Source of the DNA: an uncultured Clostridia bacterium
GTDB lineage: Bacteria > Bacillota > Clostridia > Christensenellales > Borkfalkiaceae
Assembly: GCA_944369635.1 (NCBI GenBank)
Contig: CALVXL010000043.1
Span: forward strand, 1 to 26,434
Length of the DNA stretch: 26,434 bases
Direction of reading: 5' to 3'
Every line of letters starts with the position of its first letter. The first letter of the stretch is position 1. Shown here piece by piece: positions 8,534 through 17,827 of this stretch. A model generated the notes under the pieces. It was not told the DNA's origin and made no database searches. It saw only the letters and a list, made by a program, of their open reading frames with translations. The position numbers were made by a program, and so were the translations under genes.

Positions 8534-10951
8534 CTATTCGCTTAATAAATTAAAACCGAGAATATCCACAAGCACGAGCTGCGCATAGAGCGAACACGGC
8601 CAGGTAAAATAATCTCTGCTGTATTCCGACGGATTGTTCGCATTGAAAGCTTCGTGCATGACGAACATACCGCCCGTCGTATCCGTCATATATTTCACGC
8701 AAAGTTCCTTTTCCGCTTGATTGGTGCTTGTCAGCCCCTGCATCGCGATTGCCATATGCCAGGGAACGGGCACGTTTTTATGCGGATTTTCGGAAGAGCC
8801 AACCATATCGTGCGGATCGCCGATGCCGCTGGCATATTCGCCCTCATAATAATAGGGATTGTCGTCGCTCAGCGCAAAAGCGCGGGTGTTGAGGTAGGTT
8901 TCATCTTCGGCATCGCAATACCCCAGCCACGGCGCGGAGATAAGGCTTGGAATATTCGCCGCGTCCATCAGCAGTTTTCCCTCCGCAGAATTCGGATCGG
9001 CGTTGGTACCGTCCACTTCAAACGCGTAAATCCTGCCGTACGTCGGGTGATTATAAACGCCGTATGTTTCTATCGCCTGCCTGATTGACGAAGCAAAGGC
9101 CGCCATTTTATCGCGCAAATCGGCATTTAGCCCGATTTCGTCGAACATTTCGACCATATCTTCCAAAGCGGCAACGACGAACATATTGCCGGGAATATAA
9201 AACTTATAATAGCACACGTCGTCGCTCGGACGGTAGCCGCTCCAGATCAGCCCGCAGTTTTCAAAATCGTTCACGCCTTTTTCCTTATCCACATCGATGA
9301 CGGAGTAATTCGCGTCGCTGTGCGCGGTTTCGCTCTGCAAAACGGCGAGCAGTCTTTCCAGCGTTATTTCGAAAAAGCGGTTGAAAATTTCCGTATCGCC
9401 CGTGATGTCGTAATACTGTTTCGATAGCCATAACGGATAGCAGAGGGAATCGAGTTCGAATTTTCTTTCAAACACCGAGCCGTCTTCGTTAAACGCGTTG
9501 GCATACGGATCGCGGCGGATCAGCTCGAACTGTTTGAGCAAAAGCCCGCGCACGGTGTTCCGAACGTCTTCGTCAATCTTCATGAATTGCAGATATTGCA
9601 ACACCTGTGCGGAAGAATCGCGCAGCCACATGGCGTGAATGTCGCCGGTATAGCAAAATACGGTGCCGTTTGCATTATAGCGCAGCACGCCGTTATACGT
9701 ACCCTTGTCGTTGGTAAAACCGTCCAACGTAGCGTAAAACGTATTCGCAAAGGTCTTTTTCATGTCCGGATCCTCGATGGTTTCCGTCAGATTATCCACC
9801 GTTTCCCGCATGACGGAATAGGTCGGGTTGGTATTGACGTCCCTCCTGCAGTCAAACGCCGTTTCGTCCGTCAGCGTCATCGGCAGTTCCGTATACAGCG
9901 TGTTCAGCGCTTCAAAGGATACGGCGCCCCATTCTTCGCGGGAATTATCCACGATTTCGAGATACACCGCTTTGCCCAGATACTTCGACAAATCGAGATA
10001 ATAAAGGTGCGTGCTCTCTCCGTGCTCCGTCTTCCAGCGGTCGGAATACGTTCTGAACAGTTCTTCGTTTGTGCCGCATTCCATGACGGAAAGATACGTA
10101 AGGTCCGGATTTTGCGTCATGCCCAGCCGATAGGAGATGATCCCCGTACCCGAAACGGTAAACGCGGGCGAACGCAGCACGCCGACCGAGCCCGACGCGC
10201 TTTTGTTCGACAAGCGCTTTTGCGAATCGATCTGCGAAGCGGTGAAACAATCCGCTTCCCCCGCAGTCTGCCAACCCGTTAATCCGAGGGAGAAATCGGC
10301 GTTTTCGGGCACGCTGGGCGTGGACTCCGCACCCGCGTATAGCGGTTTGACGTCCTCTGCCGTCATATACGTTTCATCGGGCTCGCTTTCGTAATAAGTT
10401 ACAAAATCGTCAAAGCAGATATATCCGTAATTCGCCGTGGAACGGTCCACGATTTTAATGCGCGCCGTCTTGCCCAGCGCGACGGAAAGATCCGCTTTAT
10501 AGGCTTTCAGAACGTCGCTTGAAGAAGTTTCGAACGCCGTATTCCCGAAACGGAACAGTTCTTCGCCCGTTTCGCTTTCCACTACGGAAACGTAAGTCAG
10601 TCCCGCATTCATCGCGCCGCCGAGGCGAAATGTGATAAATCCGCTTCCGCCGATTTCAAACTCGCCGGAAAGAAGCGTGCCTTCCGCGCTTTCGTTGTAT
10701 TTCGTAAAATAGTAAGTTCCTTCTTTATTGTTGCCCTTTCCGTCGGCGGTTAAGAGGGAATCGGAAATTCCGAGGACGGAAAACGCATTTCCTTCCGCGC
10801 TCCATCCCGTAAGATCGCCGCTTTCGAAACCGCCGTTTTCAACGCGGTATTTCGCCGTGTCTCCCGTAGGCGCAATTCTTCTCGAAGAACAAGCCGCGCC
10901 GACGGCGGAAAACAACAATGCGCTGACGCACAGACAAATCAGTTTTTTCAT
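8534..10951 (-). CDS. Lipoprotein GH125 exo-alpha-1,6-mannosidase with two N-terminal CBM38-like beta-sandwich modules, 805 aa
   Basis: Lipobox GAA-C. GH125 motifs TGDIHAMWLRDS, DPYANAF, ERKFELDSLCY, RPSDD, YAFEVDG, MDAANIPSL, IGDPH and MHEAF...WPCSLY. Confidence 0.9.
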   Translation of the reverse strand: MKKLICLCVSALLFSAVGAACSSRRIAPTGDTAKYRVENGGFESGDLTGWSAEGNAFSVLGISDSLLTADGKGNNKEGTYYFTKYNESAEGTLLSGEFEIGGSGFITFRLGGAMNAGLTYVSVVESETGEELFRFGNTAFETSSSDVLKAYKADLSVALGKTARIKIVDRSTANYGYICFDDFVTYYESEPDETYMTAEDVKPLYAGAESTPSVPENADFSLGLTGWQTAGEADCFTASQIDSQKRLSNKSASGSVGVLRSPAFTVSGTGIISYRLGMTQNPDLTYLSVMECGTNEELFRTYSDRWKTEHGESTHLYYLDLSKYLGKAVYLEIVDNSREEWGAVSFEALNTLYTELPMTLTDETAFDCRRDVNTNPTYSVMRETVDNLTETIEDPDMKKTFANTFYATLDGFTNDKGTYNGVLRYNANGTVFCYTGDIHAMWLRDSSAQVLQYLQFMKIDEDVRNTVRGLLLKQFELIRRDPYANAFNEDGSVFERKFELDSLCYPLWLSKQYYDITGDTEIFNRFFEITLERLLAVLQSETAHSDANYSVIDVDKEKGVNDFENCGLIWSGYRPSDDVCYYKFYIPGNMFVVAALEDMVEMFDEIGLNADLRDKMAAFASSIRQAIETYGVYNHPTYGRIYAFEVDGTNADPNSAEGKLLMDAANIPSLISAPWLGYCDAEDETYLNTRAFALSDDNPYYYEGEYASGIGDPHDMVGSSENPHKNVPVPWHMAIAMQGLTSTNQAEKELCVKYMTDTTGGMFVMHEAFNANNPSEYSRDYFTWPCSLYAQLVLVDILGFNLLSE

Positions 10952-10972
10952 TGCACACTCTCTAACTTAAAA

Positions 10973-13900
10973 TCAAACGGTATACGGCAACTTGTAACCG
11001 AAATCGGTATTGATCCCGCTTACCGAAACGGCGCGGTCGCCTGCGGTAATGCCGTTATATTCCGCCGCGTCGATCAGACGGAAACTATCCGCCTTGAACA
11101 CGCCCCAGCTTGCGTCGGTGTTGTCCGCAAGTTCGATATAATATTCTTTATCGACGGACAACGAAGACAGATCGAGCAGGTGATTGTCGAAGTCGCCGTT
11201 CTGCTTTTCGCTGAGGTTATCCCTTCTCACGAAGCGGAGCACCTCGATGTTGGTGCCGACTTCCTTCACCGAAACGAACATCTGCTTATCGTATCTGAGC
11301 GCACCCGCCCAATCGAAACGGATATACATCTTATCGGAAGTAATGCGGAACGCGGAACTGCGCAAAACGCCCGTCGCCCCGTCGCCGCCGACGTTATTGC
11401 TGATGATATAGCCGCTTTCCGTCTTGTAAATTCCCGACGGATCGCTCCACCCCGTAAGGTCGGTATCGAAATTGCCGTTGACGATCGTATCGCCGCCCGC
11501 GCCGACACCCTGAATTTCGGGGAGAATGTTTTCGGCAAGATATCCTCCGTCAATATTCGGCGCGGTTTCGTGATAGGTAAAGAAGCTGTCCGCAGAAAGC
11601 ACGCACCACATATTGGACGCGGTGTCGTTCAGCGTGATGTAATAGCTCGTTCCCAAAGCGCCGACCGAGGTCAGATCGAAATAATATTGGAACATATACG
11701 CTTCCGCATTTTCCGTACCGCTCTTGCCCGTGTCGCCGAAATTCTGATTGCCGAAGCGCGCGACTTCCTTATCGGTTGCCGTCTCTTTTACGGAAACGTA
11801 CGCGAAGTCGGAATTTTTACCGCCGCCAAGCTTGAAGCTGATCCAGCCGCTGCCGCCCAGCACGAAATCGGAAGAGCGCAGAATGCCCATGCGTTCCTGT
11901 CCGCTGTCCTTGCTGATGTTGCCGCCGTAAATGCCGAGGTTGTAATTTCCGTCCCTGTTGTAATCGAAATTCTGGTCAAAATAGCCGCCGTTCACCACGC
12001 GATCGTCCGTCCATGCCATCATTCCCTCTTCGTTCTTCCAGATAGAGTACGCGTTCCACCCGTAAAGGTTACCAGTTTCAAAACCGCCGTTTAAGATTTC
12101 CGACGCGGCGTTCGCATACGTAACGGTAAAGGAAACGCTGCCATCCTCCGTCGAAAGAATAAAGGTATACTCAGTTTGCCCGAAACGGTAAATTTCATTC
12201 AGATAGCTGCCCGAAATGACGAGTTTGTCGCCGTCCGCGCCGTTTTCTATTTTCCATTTGTCCGCGCTCACTTCCTCCATTCCGTAAGACAACTTTGCCT
12301 GCGTTGCTCCGGCGAGGTCTAAATCGCTGATAATGTCATTTACACGGGCGATGTCATAATCGCCCGTGTTCGCTACCGTAGGTTGCGAACCGCTTTCCTC
12401 GATTTGAACGGTGAACGGAATTTCCGTTCCGTCGGACATTTTTGCGACGAACCCCAGCGAAGTTTGTTCTCCTGCCGCTTCGTCGACGTATTCACCGCTG
12501 ACGGTGAGTATGTTTTGTTCGAAATTCCAGTCGGCTGCATCGACTTCGTTGCCGCCCTGATACAGGGAAACAAACGATTTATCGTACATGAAAAACTCCA
12601 CTTTCACGCCGACGGAAGAATTGCGGAGATATGTTATTTCTTCGCTCTTCAGTTCGGGCGCGCGGCTGTCGGTCACGACGATTTTCAGCTCCAGCGCTCC
12701 GTAGCCGTTATCTACGGTAACGACGTTTTCCCCGTAAGAAAAACTTTCCGCAGCCGCCGCTTTAACGGTGAATACGCCCGTTTCGCCGTCGAAAGTATAA
12801 AGCGCGCTATCGAGCGAACAATTTACGACTTCCAGCGGATATCCGCTTAAATTAAACGTTACGTCCTGCGGCGCGTTTTTGTCAATTGCCGCCGCGTTTT
12901 CGGCGACAAGTTTGTCCACGACGCTGATCGTCACGGTGTTCCTGCCCCGCGCGGTATAAACAGTCAGTACGGTTTTTCCGTATCCGAGAGTGGAAAGATA
13001 ACTTGCTTTAACGGTAAAATATCTGTAATTGCCGCTCTTTTCGCCGAGGGTGTAGTCTTTGCCCGCTTCCAGCGCCGCGCCGCCGTTTTCGACGGCGACG
13101 ATCTCCGCGTCGCTTACGCCCTCCGCATTGGTGATCGTATAGACGATGTCTGCGGTTTCCCCGCTTCCGCTTGCTTTATAATATACTTTGTCGTCCTTTT
13201 CCCCGATTTCGGGCATACGCTGTTTGTATACGACGTCCATCGTGACGGCGTCGCTCGTAAATCCGTTGTTATCCGTCGCGGTATAAGTAAAGTAAACCGT
13301 ACCGAACCAGCCCGCCGCTCTGTCGAAATCAAAAGACTTATTCCCGTCGTTCAGCGTGATAACGCCGAAATTCCCACTCACGCTCTTTCCGTCTTCGGAA
13401 ACGACGGGTTCCGTATAGGAAGTTTCGGCATCCTGCACCTCTTCGATGTAGTCATAACTCTTCGCCCCGACGAAACGGAAAGACGTCAAAACGCATCCTT
13501 CGTCCGCGGAAACGCGCAGCAGTTCGTTGGAAATGACCTCTTCGGTAAACTTGGTGACGTTCTGACTGCCCTCGTTCGCCGTCGGGCGGTTCGCGCCGTA
13601 AACTTCAAAGTCGGCCGAACCGTTCGCGGTCACGACGGTAAGCGTCGCTTTTCCCGCGCTTAGCGTCGCCAGGTATTCTTTCGCTATCGTCAGTCTTTCG
13701 CCGCTTACACGGTAATTTTCAGAAGCGATCTCGTTCTCGCCGTTTTTCAGCGTGAAACTTTCCCCGAAGGCTTTCACGGTGTAATACAAATCGGCGCCCG
13801 TCCCCGCGAGATATACGTTCGTTTCCCCCGCGAGATATATTAACGGCGCATTTTTGTGCTCCGCATAGCTCTTCACCGATAGCGTTTTCGTCGATGCATC

Positions 13901-14683
13901 GTAGGCAAAGGAATACATGCCCTCCGCCGTCGCCGCTATTCCGTTTTCCGTAACCGTTGCGCTGTCAACCGCCGCCGCGTCGTATACTGCAGCCTTTTCT
14001 CCCGTCGTCGGGTTACACACGGTCACTTCGTCCCCTGCCGAAAGGTAAATCCCGTTCGCTTCATATATCCCGTTTGCTTCCGTCAGGCGATACGTCTGAT
14101 CGGCAGGATTGCTCAGATCCTTCCCTCCGATCGTTCCCGCAAGATAGTAATTATCGTAATCGAACGTATACTTTACCACAAAGTCCTTGTTTTCCGTCAA
14201 CTCCGAAGGATTTTGCAACGCCGCTTCCGCAACCTGTTTCACCGAGCGCGTCTGCGCGGGCGTATACGTCGTCACGCCGTCCTTTTCCATATAGAATACG
14301 GCGGTCAGAGCGGTGGAATACTGCGATACCGGTATACCCGCGATGACGACGTTGAACTCGTATTCCCCGTTCTTCAGCACGCCGTCAAGCCCTTCGAAAT
14401 GCACCGCTTCGGGATAGTTCCCCTTTTCCAGCGGCGTGTCTTCTGAAAGCATCTTTTCGGGGATGACCAGCGCCCCGATATTAACTCCCTCCGCCTTTTC
14501 TTCTTCCGCTATCGTCGCGGTAAAGCGTATGCCGTCGGGAGATTTCGTGCGAACGGACGCCCCGTTTTTCATCGCAAAGGAACTTTCTTCCGCCGCAAAT
14601 GCCGCGCTCATGCCGAACGCCGCCATCGCAAAACAAAATACCGTCGCCAAAACGATTACGATTCGTCTCTTCATCGCTTTCAT
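10973..14683 (-). CDS. Large secreted, apparently non-catalytic modular protein (N-terminal unknown domain, X2-like and cadherin/Ig-like modules, two C-terminal CBM38-like modules), ~1236 aa; the start could also be 14689
   Basis: Signal peptide ending AFA-A. X2-like repeats (NYRVSGERLTIAKEYLATL; YFTVKASYLSTLGYGKTVLTV; LVISGSYL). Cadherin-like FTYTATDNNG. NGGFETG and NGNFDTDLTGW modules. ATG 14683 overlaps the stop of the upstream peptide (ATGA). Confidence 0.78.
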   Translation of the reverse strand: MKAMKRRIVIVLATVFCFAMAAFGMSAAFAAEESSFAMKNGASVRTKSPDGIRFTATIAEEEKAEGVNIGALVIPEKMLSEDTPLEKGNYPEAVHFEGLDGVLKNGEYEFNVVIAGIPVSQYSTALTAVFYMEKDGVTTYTPAQTRSVKQVAEAALQNPSELTENKDFVVKYTFDYDNYYLAGTIGGKDLSNPADQTYRLTEANGIYEANGIYLSAGDEVTVCNPTTGEKAAVYDAAAVDSATVTENGIAATAEGMYSFAYDASTKTLSVKSYAEHKNAPLIYLAGETNVYLAGTGADLYYTVKAFGESFTLKNGENEIASENYRVSGERLTIAKEYLATLSAGKATLTVVTANGSADFEVYGANRPTANEGSQNVTKFTEEVISNELLRVSADEGCVLTSFRFVGAKSYDYIEEVQDAETSYTEPVVSEDGKSVSGNFGVITLNDGNKSFDFDRAAGWFGTVYFTYTATDNNGFTSDAVTMDVVYKQRMPEIGEKDDKVYYKASGSGETADIVYTITNAEGVSDAEIVAVENGGAALEAGKDYTLGEKSGNYRYFTVKASYLSTLGYGKTVLTVYTARGRNTVTISVVDKLVAENAAAIDKNAPQDVTFNLSGYPLEVVNCSLDSALYTFDGETGVFTVKAAAAESFSYGENVVTVDNGYGALELKIVVTDSRAPELKSEEITYLRNSSVGVKVEFFMYDKSFVSLYQGGNEVDAADWNFEQNILTVSGEYVDEAAGEQTSLGFVAKMSDGTEIPFTVQIEESGSQPTVANTGDYDIARVNDIISDLDLAGATQAKLSYGMEEVSADKWKIENGADGDKLVISGSYLNEIYRFGQTEYTFILSTEDGSVSFTVTYANAASEILNGGFETGNLYGWNAYSIWKNEEGMMAWTDDRVVNGGYFDQNFDYNRDGNYNLGIYGGNISKDSGQERMGILRSSDFVLGGSGWISFKLGGGKNSDFAYVSVKETATDKEVARFGNQNFGDTGKSGTENAEAYMFQYYFDLTSVGALGTSYYITLNDTASNMWCVLSADSFFTYHETAPNIDGGYLAENILPEIQGVGAGGDTIVNGNFDTDLTGWSDPSGIYKTESGYIISNNVGGDGATGVLRSSAFRITSDKMYIRFDWAGALRYDKQMFVSVKEVGTNIEVLRFVRRDNLSEKQNGDFDNHLLDLSSLSVDKEYYIELADNTDASWGVFKADSFRLIDAAEYNGITAGDRAVSVSGINTDFGYKLPYTV

Positions 14684-14802
14684 TTCCATGCTCCCTCCCA
14701 CGGCCAGTTTTCCACGTAATCGTCGTCGACCAGACTCGACAAAATCACGTCGCTTTCCACCGAAACCTTTTTAAGTTCGGGAGATTCATACTTCCTTCTC
14801 AT
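14680..14802 (-). CDS. Unannotated 40-aa peptide MRRKYESPELKKVSVESDVILSSLVDDDYVENWPWEGAWK
   Basis: Below the ORF-track cutoff. Strong RBS AAAGGAGGG lies 6 nt before ATG 14802. It is on the operon strand, fills the intergenic gap, and its TGA overlaps the next gene's ATG (ATGA). Confidence 0.8.
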   Translation of the reverse strand: MRRKYESPELKKVSVESDVILSSLVDDDYVENWPWEGAWK

Positions 14803-14870
14803 CTTTTTCCCTCCTTTATCAATATAATTTTATAGCAATACCTCCGAAAAAACTTTTGGTCTTTTTCCTT

Positions 14871-17792
14871 TTATTTTCCCGGCTCCGTCAGCGTAACCGC
14901 GCCGATATAAATACCCGTGCCGACCGCAAACGCGGAACCGTCCGTATTGGTCACCGTAACAAAACTGATTTCCCACTTGTTGTTGTCGTACGTTGCCCAC
15001 GCGCTGGCTTCAACCCATTTTACACAGACTTTCGCATAGCCTTCGGAATTTGCCGCGATGGTAGTGGTATACGTTCCCGACGGGCGATCGCACGTCACCG
15101 TAATTTCCTTATCCGTGGGATTTTTGATCCACATATACGCTTCGAATTCTCCCGAAGCGTTTTCGGGGATGTTCTGCCCTTTTACGAAACGCATCTGGAA
15201 AGATGTCGTGCTCTCCGCCGCGGACTGGATATAAAAACTTCCCTCCGCCGAAGCGTTGTTTTCGTCCTTTGCTCCCTTTACATAGGAATAATCATACGCC
15301 GCCCTGTGTCCGCCGTGCGGGTTGAAATGGAATCCGCCCTCGCTGCTTTCAAACGCAAAGACGCTGTCGCTGCCGTACACACCGCCCGTAATCGTGCCGA
15401 TGTAGAACGGTCCGCCGTCTTTGCTGCTGTCGTCGGCCAGGATAAATTCGATGACGTGATCGGGATTTTGCATCCAGTCATCCTGCCAGATCTCCGTCCA
15501 CATCGGCATGGAGCAGTCCATCGTAATATACTGCCATTGTCCAGGACTTACCGTCTGGTTATGGTTGTTTTTCTGCAAAAGATTGATCACCGATTCCTTG
15601 CTTCCGGCGTTATAAAACCAGAAACCTATGTAATCGAACTGCGACAAATCGTTGATCGCCGAAGAAATGACGAACGTAGGCATATTGTTGGGCGTCCCGA
15701 CGATTTTAACGGCGTTTGCGAGTTCTTCCGCGGACGGCTTTTCATAACCTTCCGCACCTTCGGGCAAAACGGCGTTGGGAACCAACTCCAGCGTGACGCG
15801 CTTTCCGTAGCTTCTAATCTGGTGCATACCCTCTTCGTCGTCGAGATAAGCGATGACGTTTTCACGCGCCTCGATATCCGATACGTACAGCGCGATTTTC
15901 TGTACGTTCGAATTGCCTGTTTCGCCCTTGGCTTCCACTACGTAATACCAATCTCCTGCGACATCGGGCGTTAAAACGCCGTCGGTGATTGCAACGCTCG
16001 AACCGTCGGGACGGAGCGCCGACCAGGAAATATATTCTTCGCCGAGCGCTTCGCCGCCCAAAGTGATTTCACAATCGGGAATGACGATCGGCTCGCCCGC
16101 CACCGCAAACCTGGGCGTGTTCTTCACCGTTATTACGGGTGAAGAGTCGCCGATTACCGCTCCGATGTAGAATCCGTCGCCGGCGGCAAAGTTGCTGTCA
16201 TCCGTATAATAAACATCCAAAAAGAACATCTGCCAGGGATTGTTATCGAAACGCATCCACGCATTGTCCTTATCGCTTCTGATCACCATAGGCACATACG
16301 CGGAGGACTTAGGCGCAACCGTTCCCGTTATTTTAACGCTTTCCGACGTTTCGGTCACAAATTTCAGCGTTTTCGTTTCGTGCGGGTTATAGACCCACGC
16401 TTTGACAAAATAATCTTTCACGAGGGAAGCGTCCGCCGTAACGTTCTTAGCCTTGATGAAACGCGCCTGAATGCTGGACGTGTTCTTGATTGCAAAGAAA
16501 TGCGTGCTGCCGACGCCGCCATCTTCTTTAACTGCCGTCGTATAGGAGTAACCGCTGACGTCGCGGTGCGCAACGTGGGTGTTCATATGCATTCTGCCTT
16601 CGGGCAAATCGAACGCAAAGACCGCATCGGAAGAATAATGATATCCGGAAATGCCGCCGATATAAAGCGCCCCGTCGAAAGAAGTCTGCTGAATATCGTC
16701 GTACAAGCTGAGTTCGACAACATGATCGAAGGGTTGCATTGCGTTCCACGCTTCGTTATACTGGTCCGCGCCGCAATAAAGCGCCATGAACTGCCACTGT
16801 TTGGGCTGAATGGTGTTCTGATTGAGGTTTGCAAAGCTGATATTCAGCGAAACGACGAGCGATGAATCGTTATATGCCCAGAACCCGATATAATCGTACC
16901 CGGACAAATCGTAGATCGTGGGGCTGATCAGTATGGAAGCACGCACGCCCTCCGCAGGATCGACTTTCAGCGCGCCTTTCAGCTCTTCGGCGGAGGGTTT
17001 GGGGAATTCCTCGCTGCCCTCAGGTAAATTCTCGTTCGTGACATAAGACAAATCTTCGTCTCTGTTTGCGAAAGGACGCACCTGTTGCATACCCCATTCT
17101 TCGTCGAGATAAGCGATTTTATCTTCCACCGGATCTTCGTCGATGACGGTGAGGTCGTATTGTTTTTCCACCGTGTTGCCGCCGAGGTCGGTCACTTTGA
17201 TCTTATAGGTCCATTTGCCGACCGTATCCGCGGTAAACCAGCCGTCTTCCGCCGTAGCTTCGGACCCGTCGGGACGAAGAATCTTTAAATCTATGTTTTC
17301 TTCGGGAATATCGTTATTATCCTCGATCGTGAATTCCGGCACGGGAACTTTTTGGTTCAGAAGCGCGAAATTCGCGATCATTTTATCGCCTACGGTAGGC
17401 GCTTCACTGTCCGAACACTGGAAGGCTTTTACCGCGTCCGCCACGCCTTCTTTCGCGCAGGTATACGTTACTTTATAATTGCCGGGAATATTCGGCACCA
17501 AAAACATGCCGCCCATTACGTTGGCATTGCCGCCGTTCGGGTCCGCAACGCTTTTGACGGATACTTTGTATTCATTGCCCGTCATCTTTTCTCCTTTCTT
17601 ATCGACGACATCGGGAATGGCAATCGTATACGTCTTGCCGAGCTCCGCCATAGGCAGACTCAGCGTTTCCACGTCGATCTTGTAATCGGAATCGGGAGTC
17701 GGATTTTTCTCCCCTCTGTTACAAGCGACAAATACCGCCGAAAGTACGAATAACATCATGACTACGGCTACTGCTGACAATAACTTTTTCAT
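14871..17792 (-). CDS. Lipoprotein with an internal ~421-aa tandem duplication (Ig-like plus two CBM-like jelly-roll modules per copy), 973 aa
   Basis: RBS GGAGG and lipobox FVA-C. Paired motifs: LRPDGS at aa172/593, IAYLDEEWGMQQVR vs IAYLDDEEGMHQIR, KPSAEEL twice, DLSGYDYIGFWAYN vs DLSQFDYIGFWFYN, and FDNNPWQ vs YDNNKWE. Confidence 0.8.
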   Translation of the reverse strand: MKKLLSAVAVVMMLFVLSAVFVACNRGEKNPTPDSDYKIDVETLSLPMAELGKTYTIAIPDVVDKKGEKMTGNEYKVSVKSVADPNGGNANVMGGMFLVPNIPGNYKVTYTCAKEGVADAVKAFQCSDSEAPTVGDKMIANFALLNQKVPVPEFTIEDNNDIPEENIDLKILRPDGSEATAEDGWFTADTVGKWTYKIKVTDLGGNTVEKQYDLTVIDEDPVEDKIAYLDEEWGMQQVRPFANRDEDLSYVTNENLPEGSEEFPKPSAEELKGALKVDPAEGVRASILISPTIYDLSGYDYIGFWAYNDSSLVVSLNISFANLNQNTIQPKQWQFMALYCGADQYNEAWNAMQPFDHVVELSLYDDIQQTSFDGALYIGGISGYHYSSDAVFAFDLPEGRMHMNTHVAHRDVSGYSYTTAVKEDGGVGSTHFFAIKNTSSIQARFIKAKNVTADASLVKDYFVKAWVYNPHETKTLKFVTETSESVKITGTVAPKSSAYVPMVIRSDKDNAWMRFDNNPWQMFFLDVYYTDDSNFAAGDGFYIGAVIGDSSPVITVKNTPRFAVAGEPIVIPDCEITLGGEALGEEYISWSALRPDGSSVAITDGVLTPDVAGDWYYVVEAKGETGNSNVQKIALYVSDIEARENVIAYLDDEEGMHQIRSYGKRVTLELVPNAVLPEGAEGYEKPSAEELANAVKIVGTPNNMPTFVISSAINDLSQFDYIGFWFYNAGSKESVINLLQKNNHNQTVSPGQWQYITMDCSMPMWTEIWQDDWMQNPDHVIEFILADDSSKDGGPFYIGTITGGVYGSDSVFAFESSEGGFHFNPHGGHRAAYDYSYVKGAKDENNASAEGSFYIQSAAESTTSFQMRFVKGQNIPENASGEFEAYMWIKNPTDKEITVTCDRPSGTYTTTIAANSEGYAKVCVKWVEASAWATYDNNKWEISFVTVTNTDGSAFAVGTGIYIGAVTLTEPGK

Positions 17793-17827
17793 ACAAATTC
17801 CTCCTGAATTATTTTTTATAGATGAAG

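Noticed and set aside
10973-14683. Calling the X2-rich protein a cellulosomal scaffoldin
   Set aside because: No cohesin repeats are recognisable, and no dockerin (duplicated Ca-binding loop) is seen in any enzyme.
14680-14802. Reading the 40-aa peptide as a complete lasso, darobactin or triceptide cluster (YxxPxL leader, WPW core)
   Set aside because: No cyclase, RRE, B-peptidase, radical-SAM enzyme or peptide exporter is in the window, and the lasso leader's penultimate Thr is absent. Kept only as a hypothesis.
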